Below are positions 1 through 10,624 of a stretch of DNA of 64,000 bases, piece by piece; the stretch's first letter is position 1; each line of letters starts with the position of its first letter. The stretch comes from Candidatus Staskawiczbacteria bacterium. Lineage in GTDB: Bacteria; Patescibacteriota; Minisyncoccia; Minisyncoccales; Staskawiczbacteraceae. The notes under the pieces are model-generated. The model searched no databases and was not told the DNA's origin. It was given only the letters and a program-made list of their open reading frames with translations. The DNA lies in NCBI GenBank assembly GCA_023245145.1, contig JAHFKW010000001.1, forward strand, positions 9,823-73,822. The letters run 5' to 3'. Position numbers and translations under genes: made by a program.

Positions 1-580
<580 letters not shown>

Positions 581-615
581 CTACCCGCACCCACCTTTTT
601 TGGAGAAACCCGCAA

Positions 616-1167
616 ATGACTCCGACCAAAACGTATGTGGAACCTGGCTGGAAACGCCCTCCGTCGAAAGATGCGATACTCGACGAGGAAACGTATCGCA
701 AAGTCTTGCCCATCTGGGTCAAGGCTTGCGTGGATGTGATTCTCTACCTTCGAGCAGCAGACGCCTCATGGAGAATGGTGATTGCCAAACGTAAAATCCA
801 ACCCATGATGGATTGGTGGATCTTCGGTGGCCGCATCTTCGCGACTGATGAAAGCCTGCAACACGCTTTGGTGCGCAAGCTCAAAGAAGAAATCGGGCTC
901 GCCGACATCAATCCCGACAGAATCCCCAACGAACCGTTACGGATTCAGATGTACAAGTGTGCGCCCGATAACTCTGTCATTCTGGCGCCGGCATTCTGCC
1001 TGGAAATCACTCCGGCAGAGTACCAACAAATGCAGGCTAATCTGGCTGACAGTCCCGAGTATTCTGATCTGAATGCCCTGGCACCATGGGCGATTGCCGG
1101 TAATAACGGCTTCCACGAAGCCCTACGCGACTACGCAAGTTCCCTGGCAAGGCACCTCGGAATCTAA
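616..1167 (+). CDS. Nudix hydrolase (GDP-mannose mannosyl hydrolase-like)
   Basis: Modified Nudix box GGRIFATDESLQHALVRKLKEEIGL; CVDV strand; GGAG SD upstream. Confidence 0.7.
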   Translation: MTPTKTYVEPGWKRPPSKDAILDEETYRKVLPIWVKACVDVILYLRAADASWRMVIAKRKIQPMMDWWIFGGRIFATDESLQHALVRKLKEEIGLADINPDRIPNEPLRIQMYKCAPDNSVILAPAFCLEITPAEYQQMQANLADSPEYSDLNALAPWAIAGNNGFHEALRDYASSLARHLGI

Positions 1168-1174
1168 CCAACAC

Positions 1175-1214
1175 AAAGGGCGCGATACCCCAGTATCGCG
1201 CCCTTTTTTATTTT
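1175..1214 (+). terminator. intrinsic terminator
   Basis: AAAGGGCGCGATAC-ccca-GTATCGCGCCCTTT then T-run. Confidence 0.85.
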
Positions 1215-1221
1215 AAAAATT

Positions 1222-2295
1222 TTAATCATTCCTCCACCATTTGTTGGTAAACTTTTCTTGGATAACCCTATCTCCACCTCCCGGTGCCTGCAAATTCATC
1301 TGCCTGACCACTTGCCTGGCATCGGAGTCCACCATGATTTTACACAAATCCGTAAATTTTACCTTCGCCTCCCATCCCAATTTTCCTTTAGCTTTATTGG
1401 CATCACCAATGAGCGATTCCACTTCTGCTGGCCTAAAATATCTTGGATCAATTTCCACATAGTTTTTATAATCCCCCAGACCCGCATACCTAAATGTTTC
1501 TTCCAAAAATTCTTTAACTGAATGGGTTTCTCCTGTAGCTATTACATAATCATCTGGTGTTTCTTGCTGAAGCATTAAATACATCGCTTCCACGTATTCG
1601 GGCGCAAAGCCCCAATCGCGCCGCGCATCCAAATTTCCTAAATATATCTTTTTATCCAAACCGGCTTTTATTCTGGCAATGCCTCGCGTAATTTTACGAG
1701 TCACAAAAGCCTCTCCCCGACGCGGACTTTCGTGATTAAACAAAATACCATTGCAGGCAAACATGCCATAGGCCTCGCGATACAATCGAGTCATATCAAA
1801 AGAAAAAACTTTGGCCACGGCATAGGGACTTCGCGGATGAAACGGCGTTACTTCATTTTGTGGTGGTGGGGTTGAGCCAAACATTTCGGAACTGGCTGCA
1901 TTATAAAACTTAATCGGCAAACCTGAATTTCTAATAGCTTCCAGTACACGCAAAGTTCCTAGAGCATCGGTGTTAGCTGTATATTCTGGCATATCAAAAC
2001 TCACCCTAACATGCGATTGCGCACCCAAGTGATAAATTTCATCGGGCTTAATTTCGCTAATAATTCTTTGAACATTTCCCATGTCCGTCAGATCCCCCAA
2101 ATGTAAAAACAACCTTGCCCCACTGGTATGCAAATCTTGATAAATATGATCTATACGGGAAGTGTTAAACGTACTGGATCGGCGAATAATTCCATGCACT
2201 TCGTATCCCTTGGACAACAAAAGCTCGGCCAAGTACGAACCGTCTTGCCCCGTGATTCCCGTGATCAACGCTTTTTTTATTTTTGTGTTTTCCAT
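1222..2295 (-). CDS. gmd: GDP-mannose 4,6-dehydratase
   Basis: [36 protein letters not shown] motifs. Confidence 0.97.
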   Translation of the reverse strand: MENTKIKKALITGITGQDGSYLAELLLSKGYEVHGIIRRSSTFNTSRIDHIYQDLHTSGARLFLHLGDLTDMGNVQRIISEIKPDEIYHLGAQSHVRVSFDMPEYTANTDALGTLRVLEAIRNSGLPIKFYNAASSEMFGSTPPPQNEVTPFHPRSPYAVAKVFSFDMTRLYREAYGMFACNGILFNHESPRRGEAFVTRKITRGIARIKAGLDKKIYLGNLDARRDWGFAPEYVEAMYLMLQQETPDDYVIATGETHSVKEFLEETFRYAGLGDYKNYVEIDPRYFRPAEVESLIGDANKAKGKLGWEAKVKFTDLCKIMVDSDARQVVRQMNLQAPGGGDRVIQEKFTNKWWRND

Positions 2296-2675
2296 AATTT
2301 TTCAAGTGGCACCTCTAGGCGATAGGTATCTTTTTCATAATTTTTTCCACCCCTTAGTCCGTCGGCAAAAGCAAAAAATACGGTGTCTTTATTGGCGATA
2401 ATAGCATGGCACTCTAAGGGTTGATGGATTATCAAATCATTGGGTTTTAAAATAGTGCGGCTTACTTTTTTCTTACCAAATTGCTGGGTTAACACCGTCA
2501 ATTGTCCACTGACAACAAAGGTATACTGCATAGAATTTTTATGATAGTGATTCCCGCGTACTGCTCCCTTTTTTGAAAAAATGATCGTAGCATGATCTTT
2601 GGGAGCGTCGGTGAAAATATCGGTGATAGTGCCGCGCGCATCTTTAAAATTGACTTTTTTGTGTTGTATTTTCAT
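2277..2675 (-). CDS. cupin-fold NDP-sugar isomerase/epimerase
   Basis: DARG and RGNHYH cupin motifs in sugar cluster. Confidence 0.75.
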   Translation of the reverse strand: MKIQHKKVNFKDARGTITDIFTDAPKDHATIIFSKKGAVRGNHYHKNSMQYTFVVSGQLTVLTQQFGKKKVSRTILKPNDLIIHQPLECHAIIANKDTVFFAFADGLRGGKNYEKDTYRLEVPLEKLWKTQK

Positions 2676-2687
2676 AATTGTAATACA

Positions 2688-3905
2688 TTAATCTTTGTTT
2701 GAATACTTTTTTGCTTGGGGGACAATAAATGTTAAATTCAAATGTCCCAATTTCTTTTTTAAAAATTCTACGATATTCCATGATAATACCAAAGCGAATG
2801 TAATATCTTTGTTAATATCCTTATCGCTTTTTATCGGTATATGCGAACCGGGAGTAAATTTTCCAATCTTCAAAGCTGAACTATCGGTAATAAAATCTAT
2901 CAGACTATTATCTATTTTAAAATAATTAAGCAGTGTATTGCCTTTGGTGGCAGCACCAACAGCAATGACCTTTTTTCCCGACGCCTTAATTTGGAACAAT
3001 TGCCGGTATAAATTATATCTTAGCGCATTAACCTCTTTCATAAAAGATTCGTAGGTTTTTGTACTAAACAAATTGGCTTTATTTTCTGCATTAATAAAAT
3101 CTTTCACCACCTTTTTATCTGTTTTTTCTCTTGAAACATATACTCGGATAGAACCTCCCATATAATCATTCTTTTCTAAGTACTGAATATAAAATCCAAA
3201 TCTTTTAAAAAACTTCTGAAGCGGCTTTATAGCAAAATAAGAAACGTGCTCTAGGTAGATGGTATCAAAAGAAATATTCTCTACCAAGTCAAGCAAATAA
3301 GGCGTTTCAAAAATAAAATAACCGTCTTTGGTCAATAGCCGATCAATATTCTCCATGCATTCACGTACATTATTGACGTGATTAAACACATTTGTGCAAA
3401 CAATTACTTTTGCATTTCCATATTTTTTTACCATTTTCAAAACCGTTTCTTTGGAAAAAAAATTTTGAAGAGTTGGAACATGCTCTTTTCTTGCCAACCT
3501 GGCAATATTGGCAGAGGGTTCTACCCCCAAAATACGGCAGTGAATTATTTGCTCAAAACTCTTTAAAAGAGTCCCCACATTACTACCGATATCAATCACC
3601 AAATCTTTTGGCGCTATCTTAACTAATCTAACGGCCTGATCGGCCATTTCCTTAAAGTGAGCAGTGGCGATGGGTGAATTTGACGAAGTGTAGCTATAGT
3701 CCGTTTTTTGATAACGCACAGGAGCGGAGACAATATGCGAAAGTCCCGCATAGCCACATGATTTACACAAAAAAACCTGTAAAGGATAGTATTCTTCTTT
3801 CTGTTCAAGGTCCTTAAGAAAGGTATCGGCCAACGGATGCTGCCCAAGGTCAATCACTAAAGTGATATTTTTAGAATCGCAAAGTTGACACTGTTTGATC
3901 TTCAT
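2688..3905 (-). CDS. NDP-sugar C-methyltransferase (Zn-binding, class I SAM)
   Basis: N-terminal CxxC...CxxC, DIGSNVG SAM motif, DTIYLEH, GAATKG; start moved to MKIKQC. Confidence 0.85.
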   Translation of the reverse strand: MKIKQCQLCDSKNITLVIDLGQHPLADTFLKDLEQKEEYYPLQVFLCKSCGYAGLSHIVSAPVRYQKTDYSYTSSNSPIATAHFKEMADQAVRLVKIAPKDLVIDIGSNVGTLLKSFEQIIHCRILGVEPSANIARLARKEHVPTLQNFFSKETVLKMVKKYGNAKVIVCTNVFNHVNNVRECMENIDRLLTKDGYFIFETPYLLDLVENISFDTIYLEHVSYFAIKPLQKFFKRFGFYIQYLEKNDYMGGSIRVYVSREKTDKKVVKDFINAENKANLFSTKTYESFMKEVNALRYNLYRQLFQIKASGKKVIAVGAATKGNTLLNYFKIDNSLIDFITDSSALKIGKFTPGSHIPIKSDKDINKDITFALVLSWNIVEFLKKKLGHLNLTFIVPQAKKYSNKD

Positions 3906-4869
3906 TTTTTTGTTTTTGTTCAATAAATCTTTCAAAACAAGTATTAAAATCCGTCTTAGATTCCCACCCCAACACTTTTTTTATTTTTTCCGTACTTGGA
4001 ACATGCATCTTTACCTCTACACCAAAAAAAGTGTCGCCAAAAATTACGCCTGGGTTGTAATTTGGCGCCAGTAAATTCTTTTCCTTGCCAATCTTGACAA
4101 GAGTTTCTAGTAATTCAATTAATGTTTTTTGCTGACTACCTCCAATATTAAAAATCTGATTATTGGTTCTTACATCGGTTAAAAAATCTATCACGCCTTC
4201 CGCTAAATCCTCAACCCATGTAAAACACCTGACCTGTTGGCCCGTCCCATATATCTGCATACTTGGCGTTTTTTCAATAAACAGTTTCCGGTAAAAATCA
4301 ACGTGCACATGGGCACCTTCTTTTTTATAACTTTCCATCGGAGAGACAACATTAAATGGACGCCAAATGGTATAGGGCGTGCCATACTGTTGATGCAAAA
4401 AAGCTACTGCTTTTTCTCCAAAAAATTTAGCCAGGCCATATGAAGATTTAGGGGGGTAAATACTTTCAGTCATCTCTTCAGTAAAAGGAGCTGTTTTACT
4501 ATTTTCATAAACTATAGCAGAAGACAAATAGACAAACTTTTTAATTCTACTGCAGTTATTTATCACATTCAAGAGACAAGCTATATCGCTACTAAGAACT
4601 CCATAGGCGTCATCCTTGAACCCATCTGATGAATACTGCCTCGCTGCCGCATGAATCACATAATCAATTGTGTTTTCTTGGAAAATTTTTTCGACGAATG
4701 AAGCGTCGCCTAAGTCTCCAATGTAGACACAATCGCTATCCACGGAATTTTGCTCTATCGCTTTGATGTTAACCCTAATAATCTTAGTTTCCGGATGCGT
4801 TTTTTTTAGATGCCCAACCAAATACGTACCAATATTGCCCTCGCTTCCCGTAATTAAAACTGTATTCAT
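3871..4869 (-). CDS. NAD-dependent epimerase/dehydratase
   Basis: TGSEGNIG Rossmann motif, YxxxK (YGLAK). Confidence 0.9.
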   Translation of the reverse strand: MNTVLITGSEGNIGTYLVGHLKKTHPETKIIRVNIKAIEQNSVDSDCVYIGDLGDASFVEKIFQENTIDYVIHAAARQYSSDGFKDDAYGVLSSDIACLLNVINNCSRIKKFVYLSSAIVYENSKTAPFTEEMTESIYPPKSSYGLAKFFGEKAVAFLHQQYGTPYTIWRPFNVVSPMESYKKEGAHVHVDFYRKLFIEKTPSMQIYGTGQQVRCFTWVEDLAEGVIDFLTDVRTNNQIFNIGGSQQKTLIELLETLVKIGKEKNLLAPNYNPGVIFGDTFFGVEVKMHVPSTEKIKKVLGWESKTDFNTCFERFIEQKQKNEDQTVSTLRF

Positions 4870-4931
4870 TCAATTACTATCTTCAGATTATTACTATACA
4901 ATCTATCACAAAGCTTGTCATTTTGCAAAAG

Positions 4932-5960
4932 TTATATCAGTTTAATGTAGCTACGATATATCACGTCCGCCATCTTATTCCACGTAAATTGCTTGGCTCT
5001 AGCTCTTCCTTTTTCAATAAGCTTTGTCACAAAAACTTTGTCGGCCAGTATCATTTCAATTTTTTGAGCCAAATCATCGGCATTATTTGGGTCAAACAAA
5101 AGTCCCGAATCACCGACCGATTCCGGCACTGCTGAGGCGCTTGAAGCCACCACTGGGCAACCAGATGCCATAGCTTCCAGTGGAGGTATTCCAAAGCCCT
5201 CATACAGCGATGGATAAATAAAAACTGTGGCATTTGAGTAGAGTTTTGCTAAACGCTCATCATCGCAAAACTCTTGCCTAATCCAAGCTACTCCGTTTTT
5301 AGTATTTTGTATTTTATTTTTTTGAGCGTCAGTTAAATCTTTCTCACCACCCACCAATACCAAGTCAAAATTCAGAAAATATTGCCTATGAATAAAGGTA
5401 TCCAATAGCAGATTAAAATTTTTATACTTATAACTTCGTGGGCCAACATACAACATGTAAGGGCGCGAATTATTTTGGAAAGTAGTTTTAATTTTAAAAA
5501 ATATTTCGTTAACACCTGGATAAGCAACTACTATTTTTTGGGGGGTTATTGTTGGATATAACCTGCAGATATCTTTTTTAGTGTGTTCTGAAGAAGAAAT
5601 AATCACGTCTGATTTCAGAAGGGCATGTTTTTTAAATGCTATGATTTTTTGGTTGCTACCAAATAGCTCATGAATCATATCATAAGCATTAATCACCACC
5701 GGACCTTTGGGATACTTGGGGATGCGATAATACAAAGAATGAAAAATAGTCTTTTTATTGGCATACATTCCATACCAAATGTTCATGAAAACAATATCCA
5801 AAAAACTGCCAATTCGGCCTAACAAAAATCCAGGTTTTCTGTAATAGAACCTTTGAACATCTTTAAATCTATCCAGAGATTTTATCAATTCAAAACTTAA
5901 GCGGCTGATACCGCCCGGCTTTTGACGCGTAAAAACATTGCCATCAAAAAAAACTTTCAT
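4932..5960 (-). CDS. glycosyltransferase family 4
   Basis: PSLYEGFGIPPLEAMASGCPV. Confidence 0.93.
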   Translation of the reverse strand: MKVFFDGNVFTRQKPGGISRLSFELIKSLDRFKDVQRFYYRKPGFLLGRIGSFLDIVFMNIWYGMYANKKTIFHSLYYRIPKYPKGPVVINAYDMIHELFGSNQKIIAFKKHALLKSDVIISSSEHTKKDICRLYPTITPQKIVVAYPGVNEIFFKIKTTFQNNSRPYMLYVGPRSYKYKNFNLLLDTFIHRQYFLNFDLVLVGGEKDLTDAQKNKIQNTKNGVAWIRQEFCDDERLAKLYSNATVFIYPSLYEGFGIPPLEAMASGCPVVASSASAVPESVGDSGLLFDPNNADDLAQKIEMILADKVFVTKLIEKGRARAKQFTWNKMADVIYRSYIKLI

Positions 5961-6733
5961 TTTATTCTATTTTTAATACTTCTCAATATATTATAAAAAA
6001 AATACTCTAATCTAGCAAAATTAATCTTACTTAAAAGTTTACTTTTAAAAAATATATGCGATGTAATATTGGGAAAAAAGACATATCCGTAGCCATATTT
6101 TTTAGCCAATAAATACAAAGCCCTTGAAGAATACATCGCGGTGTGACCACCATCCGCGTGCAAATATTCCCAGTCGGGTAATTGACTATCACCAATCATA
6201 TCAACTAAGCAGGTGGTAAACATAAAAATATCCGGACGTAGTTGTTTTAAAAAATTCCATTCTTTAATATCAACTACATGCTCAACCAACTCCACGGCGC
6301 ACAACACATCCGTTTTTACGGGTTCATCCAATACCGTGTAGTCACCCAAAAAAGTCGGTTTTTCATACTTGTCGTAATAAAAAATCTTATATTTTCTATT
6401 CATAAGAGAAGCAAGATAACCATTCCCGCCACCATAATCTAATATACTAACTCTTTTTTTAAACGTAAGTGCGTGATATATAAATAAAATACCATTAATC
6501 ACTTTCAGATATCCATCCGCGCGCCCCTGCCAACCAGTGTCAACATTTAAAAAATAATCTTCTCCATACAATTTACTAACCTTCTCCTGTAATTTTTTGC
6601 TGCCCAATGCCAAATCTTTTTCAAACAAAAAACGACAGGATTCGCAAATAGCGTATTCATATTGATTACCAAGCCTATCCTTTTTAGCGGTTAAAATATG
6701 GCAAGTGCCACCACAAATGGGACAGGCAATCAT
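5957..6733 (-). CDS. class I SAM-dependent methyltransferase
   Basis: CPIC...CESC, LDYGGGNG, ELVEH. Confidence 0.8.
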   Translation of the reverse strand: MIACPICGGTCHILTAKKDRLGNQYEYAICESCRFLFEKDLALGSKKLQEKVSKLYGEDYFLNVDTGWQGRADGYLKVINGILFIYHALTFKKRVSILDYGGGNGYLASLMNRKYKIFYYDKYEKPTFLGDYTVLDEPVKTDVLCAVELVEHVVDIKEWNFLKQLRPDIFMFTTCLVDMIGDSQLPDWEYLHADGGHTAMYSSRALYLLAKKYGYGYVFFPNITSHIFFKSKLLSKINFARLEYFFYNILRSIKNRIK

Positions 6734-8214
6734 GCAATTAAAAGATTCATAGTTTCTTGTATTAATGATATCATACTATTTTTAAATAATTTATCTGTGA
6801 CATAAGTAAGTGCGCCGTAAACCATGACCCCCACAATAATGTACAAAAAGAAACTCCAAAAATTCAACACTATCGCGCTCTTGAACCCATAGACTACGCC
6901 CATCATAATGATGGTATTGGAAAACGGCGCGACAGTACTTTTAAAAAAACTGCCAGCCCCCAGCTCAAGCATTCTCATCGCCTGCACGCTAAAGCCAATG
7001 GCCGATACGAGTGCGCCTATTAGCACTACTAAAGCAGCGCCCAATATCCCCCACCACTCCATAAAGGGATACATCAATATAATGATTACTAAAAATCTAA
7101 CAAAAATCCATTTCGTCCCTACTCTTGGCCTACCCAATGCTAAAAACATATAGTTAGATAATATCGCAATGGTCAATACAAGTACCGCTAAAGACAAAAT
7201 TCTCATGGGCCACAAAGATAGCATCCATTTTTCACCTAAAAATAATGTAATAAATTCAGCGGCCATTATAAATATTCCCCCAGCTATTGGCATGAGTATA
7301 AAAGAAAAAAGCTTGAGTATCTTTAGATATACTTCTTTAACTTTGACAATATCATGTTGAATCTTTGAATAAGCCGGAAAAATGGCACCCGCTAGCGCCT
7401 CTGACCCCAAAACACTTGGAACCTTATAAGCAACTTGATAAAAACCCAAAGAAGTGATGCCAGCTATTTTCGCAACCAAGAGACTATCAGCTTGAGTGAT
7501 AAAAAAACCGATAACATTTGAACTAAAAATCCATTTTCCGTAGCTAAAAAGTTCTTTGGCTTTTGAAAAACTAAAATTAAAACGGGGAAGATAGGGGTGT
7601 ACCACATAAGAAGCAACAAATCTTACAATCGTACCTGCTAGCAATCCAAATACCAAAGCCCATACGCTATGGAAAACCAACGCTAGTGTTACTGATACCA
7701 AAAAATCAGCTACCGTACCGCTGATTTGATATAAAAAGAATTTATGAAATTGAAGCTCTTTTGAAAAATATACCACCGCGATATTAGTTAGACCACCGAT
7801 GAAAACTGTCAAACTTACACATTTTAAAATTTGCTCTGATTCTGGTGATCTAAAAAATAACGCAATGAAAGGTGCTAATAAAAATAAAATCGAAGCAAGA
7901 ATAGTTCCACGCGCTACTTGAACTATCCAGCCAGTATCAAGATATGGGGCGATATCTTCTTTTTTTTGAATTAATGCATCTTGAAAGCCGCTTTGGGAAA
8001 AAGTTTCTAACAGTGAAACGGATAACACCGTAATTCCAAAAAGACCAAAATCATTGGGTGCCAATAGGCGAGCTAAAAAAATTGTTTTAGCTAATCCCAA
8101 CAGTTGACTTACAATACGAAGAGCAAAAAGCCAAACCGTCCCCTGCGCGGTTTTTTTTGATAAACTTTCACCGGGGGTAAATAGTTTTTTAATGCTCTGA
8201 AGACTTATTTTCAT
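6730..8214 (-). CDS. Wzx-type polysaccharide flippase (WzxC-like)
   Basis: LARLLAPNDFG motif, many TM helices. Confidence 0.9.
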   Translation of the reverse strand: MKISLQSIKKLFTPGESLSKKTAQGTVWLFALRIVSQLLGLAKTIFLARLLAPNDFGLFGITVLSVSLLETFSQSGFQDALIQKKEDIAPYLDTGWIVQVARGTILASILFLLAPFIALFFRSPESEQILKCVSLTVFIGGLTNIAVVYFSKELQFHKFFLYQISGTVADFLVSVTLALVFHSVWALVFGLLAGTIVRFVASYVVHPYLPRFNFSFSKAKELFSYGKWIFSSNVIGFFITQADSLLVAKIAGITSLGFYQVAYKVPSVLGSEALAGAIFPAYSKIQHDIVKVKEVYLKILKLFSFILMPIAGGIFIMAAEFITLFLGEKWMLSLWPMRILSLAVLVLTIAILSNYMFLALGRPRVGTKWIFVRFLVIIILMYPFMEWWGILGAALVVLIGALVSAIGFSVQAMRMLELGAGSFFKSTVAPFSNTIIMMGVVYGFKSAIVLNFWSFFLYIIVGVMVYGALTYVTDKLFKNSMISLIQETMNLLIA

Positions 8215-9068
8215 TTTTTAATATATTGATAAGGCGGCGTGCCAAATAGTAGTTTTCTTATCCAAAAGATAATTGGCCACAACTGTTTTCGAAAAGGAAT
8301 AAAAGAATACGCATAGCTTGCCAAAGAAAGCATCAGGGCCTTTTTACTTCCGGCATAATACGGCTTGTATTTATTGTGCAGATTAAACTTTGCCAGCAAT
8401 TTACGCCTTATCTCATAATCCCGAGCACTGGCGCCCAGGCTTAACTCTTGATCGAGATAGTTTACAAAAAATTCCTGGAAGTTATGAAACTTTCCCATTT
8501 TTCCAAGCTCAAGCCACAAAGCCCAATCCGAAAAAAAACCAAACTGCTCATCGTATCCGCCAGATGCCACAAAGTGCTCTTTCTTAAAAAGAACCGCACT
8601 ATGGGAGAATACATTATCAACCAAAATAACTTTTCTGATTTCCTGGTCAGCTTGAGGCAATAAATATCTTACCACTTCCTGACCACTGCTATTAACCCTA
8701 ACTACTCCGCCGCCCACCAAGGTATATTCAGGATTTTTTTCCATAAAATTAACTTGCTTTTCCAATTTTTTTTCATCAATCCAAACATCATCATCATCTA
8801 ATCTGGTAATATACTTGCCTTTAGCAGCTGCCACGGCTTTATTCAATGTTTTTACAAAACCCAAATTGACTTCATTGTAAAGTAAACTAATCCGTGCATC
8901 TTGCCTGGCTAAATCCAATACCACCTCTGATGTTTTATCGTTTGAGGCATCATCTATCACAATAACCTCTATATTTTTAAAGCTTTGCGCCAAAGCACTC
9001 TTAATTGCCTGGCCAACTAAGTCTTGCCGGTTATACGTGGGAATAATAACTGAAACTAATGGATTCAT
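8211..9068 (-). CDS. glycosyltransferase family 2
   Basis: VSVIIPTYN, IDDAS, LDDDD. Confidence 0.93.
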   Translation of the reverse strand: MNPLVSVIIPTYNRQDLVGQAIKSALAQSFKNIEVIVIDDASNDKTSEVVLDLARQDARISLLYNEVNLGFVKTLNKAVAAAKGKYITRLDDDDVWIDEKKLEKQVNFMEKNPEYTLVGGGVVRVNSSGQEVVRYLLPQADQEIRKVILVDNVFSHSAVLFKKEHFVASGGYDEQFGFFSDWALWLELGKMGKFHNFQEFFVNYLDQELSLGASARDYEIRRKLLAKFNLHNKYKPYYAGSKKALMLSLASYAYSFIPFRKQLWPIIFWIRKLLFGTPPYQYIKK

Positions 9069-9071
9069 TTG

Positions 9072-9866
9072 TTACCGCTTATTCTTTATTTCTTCCAAAA
9101 TTTCACAAACTTTTTCAATATTATCCATGTGTGGAATTAACTTTTCACGGATAATTTCTTCTGGTAAATCCCACCACCTATAACGCAAAAGCTTTTCGAT
9201 AACTTGCTCGCTAAACCGATACTTTTTAATAACTGCCGGATTGCCCGCCACTACTGCATAAGGAGGCACCGATTTGGTCACCACCGACTGGCCAGCTATT
9301 ACCGCGCCATCTCCGATATTCACTCCGGAATAAATAACCACATTGCTACCAATCCAAACATCGTTGCCAACCACTGGATTTTCTTTGCCCCAATTACTCA
9401 ACGGATACTCTTTCCAGCCAAGCATTTCTCGAAAAGGAAAACTGCTAAAATGATTCGCATAATGATTCCCATCAATCACAAAAGAGATATTCGTAGCCAT
9501 GGAGCAATACTTTCCTATGGTAACCACAGCATCTTTGCGATTCCACACCCTCACCCAAGGCTCGCCGTAACTATGCAGACCTTTAATTACCTTACCCTCG
9601 CCTACCCACCTATCTTTATTAATAAAACCAATAACAAAATATATCGTACCCAACACCAAAAAAGTATTACTTAAACCCGCCACATCCAATGGAATAAATA
9701 AAGAACCTAGCAGTAACACCATGCCCAGTAAAAAGAGCTTTTGATAGTTTGTCTTAATATCTTGCTTTTTGACAAAATACCAAAACGCCACCAAAAGAAG
9801 GAAGAACACGTAATATATATCATTTAGCCAAGTCATGGAATACATAGTATTTTTTGAGTATATCAC
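9072..9866 (-). CDS. CatB/Vat-like hexapeptide O-acetyltransferase with N-terminal TM segments
   Basis: [28 protein letters not shown]; hydrophobic N-terminus. Confidence 0.85.
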   Translation of the reverse strand: MIYSKNTMYSMTWLNDIYYVFFLLLVAFWYFVKKQDIKTNYQKLFLLGMVLLLGSLFIPLDVAGLSNTFLVLGTIYFVIGFINKDRWVGEGKVIKGLHSYGEPWVRVWNRKDAVVTIGKYCSMATNISFVIDGNHYANHFSSFPFREMLGWKEYPLSNWGKENPVVGNDVWIGSNVVIYSGVNIGDGAVIAGQSVVTKSVPPYAVVAGNPAVIKKYRFSEQVIEKLLRYRWWDLPEEIIREKLIPHMDNIEKVCEILEEIKNKR

Positions 9867-9943
9867 CGAAAGCCCCCTATTGCCATTTTAATCCTCCATG
9901 ACAACCTGCCGGCAACGATTATGCGTTGGAATGATGACTGAAA

Positions 9944-10621
9944 CTAACGGTTCTTCCATGTTGTGGTGCTTTTAAATCTTTCCGCAATTTGGCAGATTTT
10001 TTCGACATCCATTCTATGAGGCATTAATTCTCTACGAATAATCTCTTCCGGCAAGTCCCACCATTTGCTCGCCAATAATCTTTTGATGACATCTTCGCTG
10101 AACCGATACTTTTTAATAACTGCGGGATTACCGGCCACCAAAGCATAGGGAGGCACGGACTTAGTCACCACTGACTGTCCTGCCACCACCGCCCCATCGC
10201 CAATATGAACACCTGAGTGAATAGTTACATCGCTACCAATCCACACATCATTGCCCACCGTAGGATCTCCCTTCCCCCAACCATCGGACTCATACTCTTT
10301 CCAACCAAAAAATTCTCTAAAACAAAATGTACTGAACGCCTTCATATTATGGTTGCCATCGATGATAAACTTCACATTATCTGCAATAGAACAATATTTA
10401 CCAATGACAACCACTGCGTCTTTTTTAACCCAAACTCTAGCCAAGGGATTACCATAACTATGCAGTCCCATTTTTACTTTACCTCGCTTGAACCACTGAT
10501 TTTTATATGCCAGGCCCACGGCAATACAAATTGAGGCAAAAACAGTTATTACAAAGTTATTCGCAATGATTCCAATGAAAAAGAGTAAAACACCAAAGAA
10601 AAATATTGTACGATAATACAT
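9944..10621 (-). CDS. CatB/Vat-like hexapeptide O-acetyltransferase with N-terminal TM segments (paralog)
   Basis: Same motifs, clearly similar to neighbour. Confidence 0.85.
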   Translation of the reverse strand: MYYRTIFFFGVLLFFIGIIANNFVITVFASICIAVGLAYKNQWFKRGKVKMGLHSYGNPLARVWVKKDAVVVIGKYCSIADNVKFIIDGNHNMKAFSTFCFREFFGWKEYESDGWGKGDPTVGNDVWIGSDVTIHSGVHIGDGAVVAGQSVVTKSVPPYALVAGNPAVIKKYRFSEDVIKRLLASKWWDLPEEIIRRELMPHRMDVEKICQIAERFKSTTTWKNR

Positions 10622-10624
10622 AAA

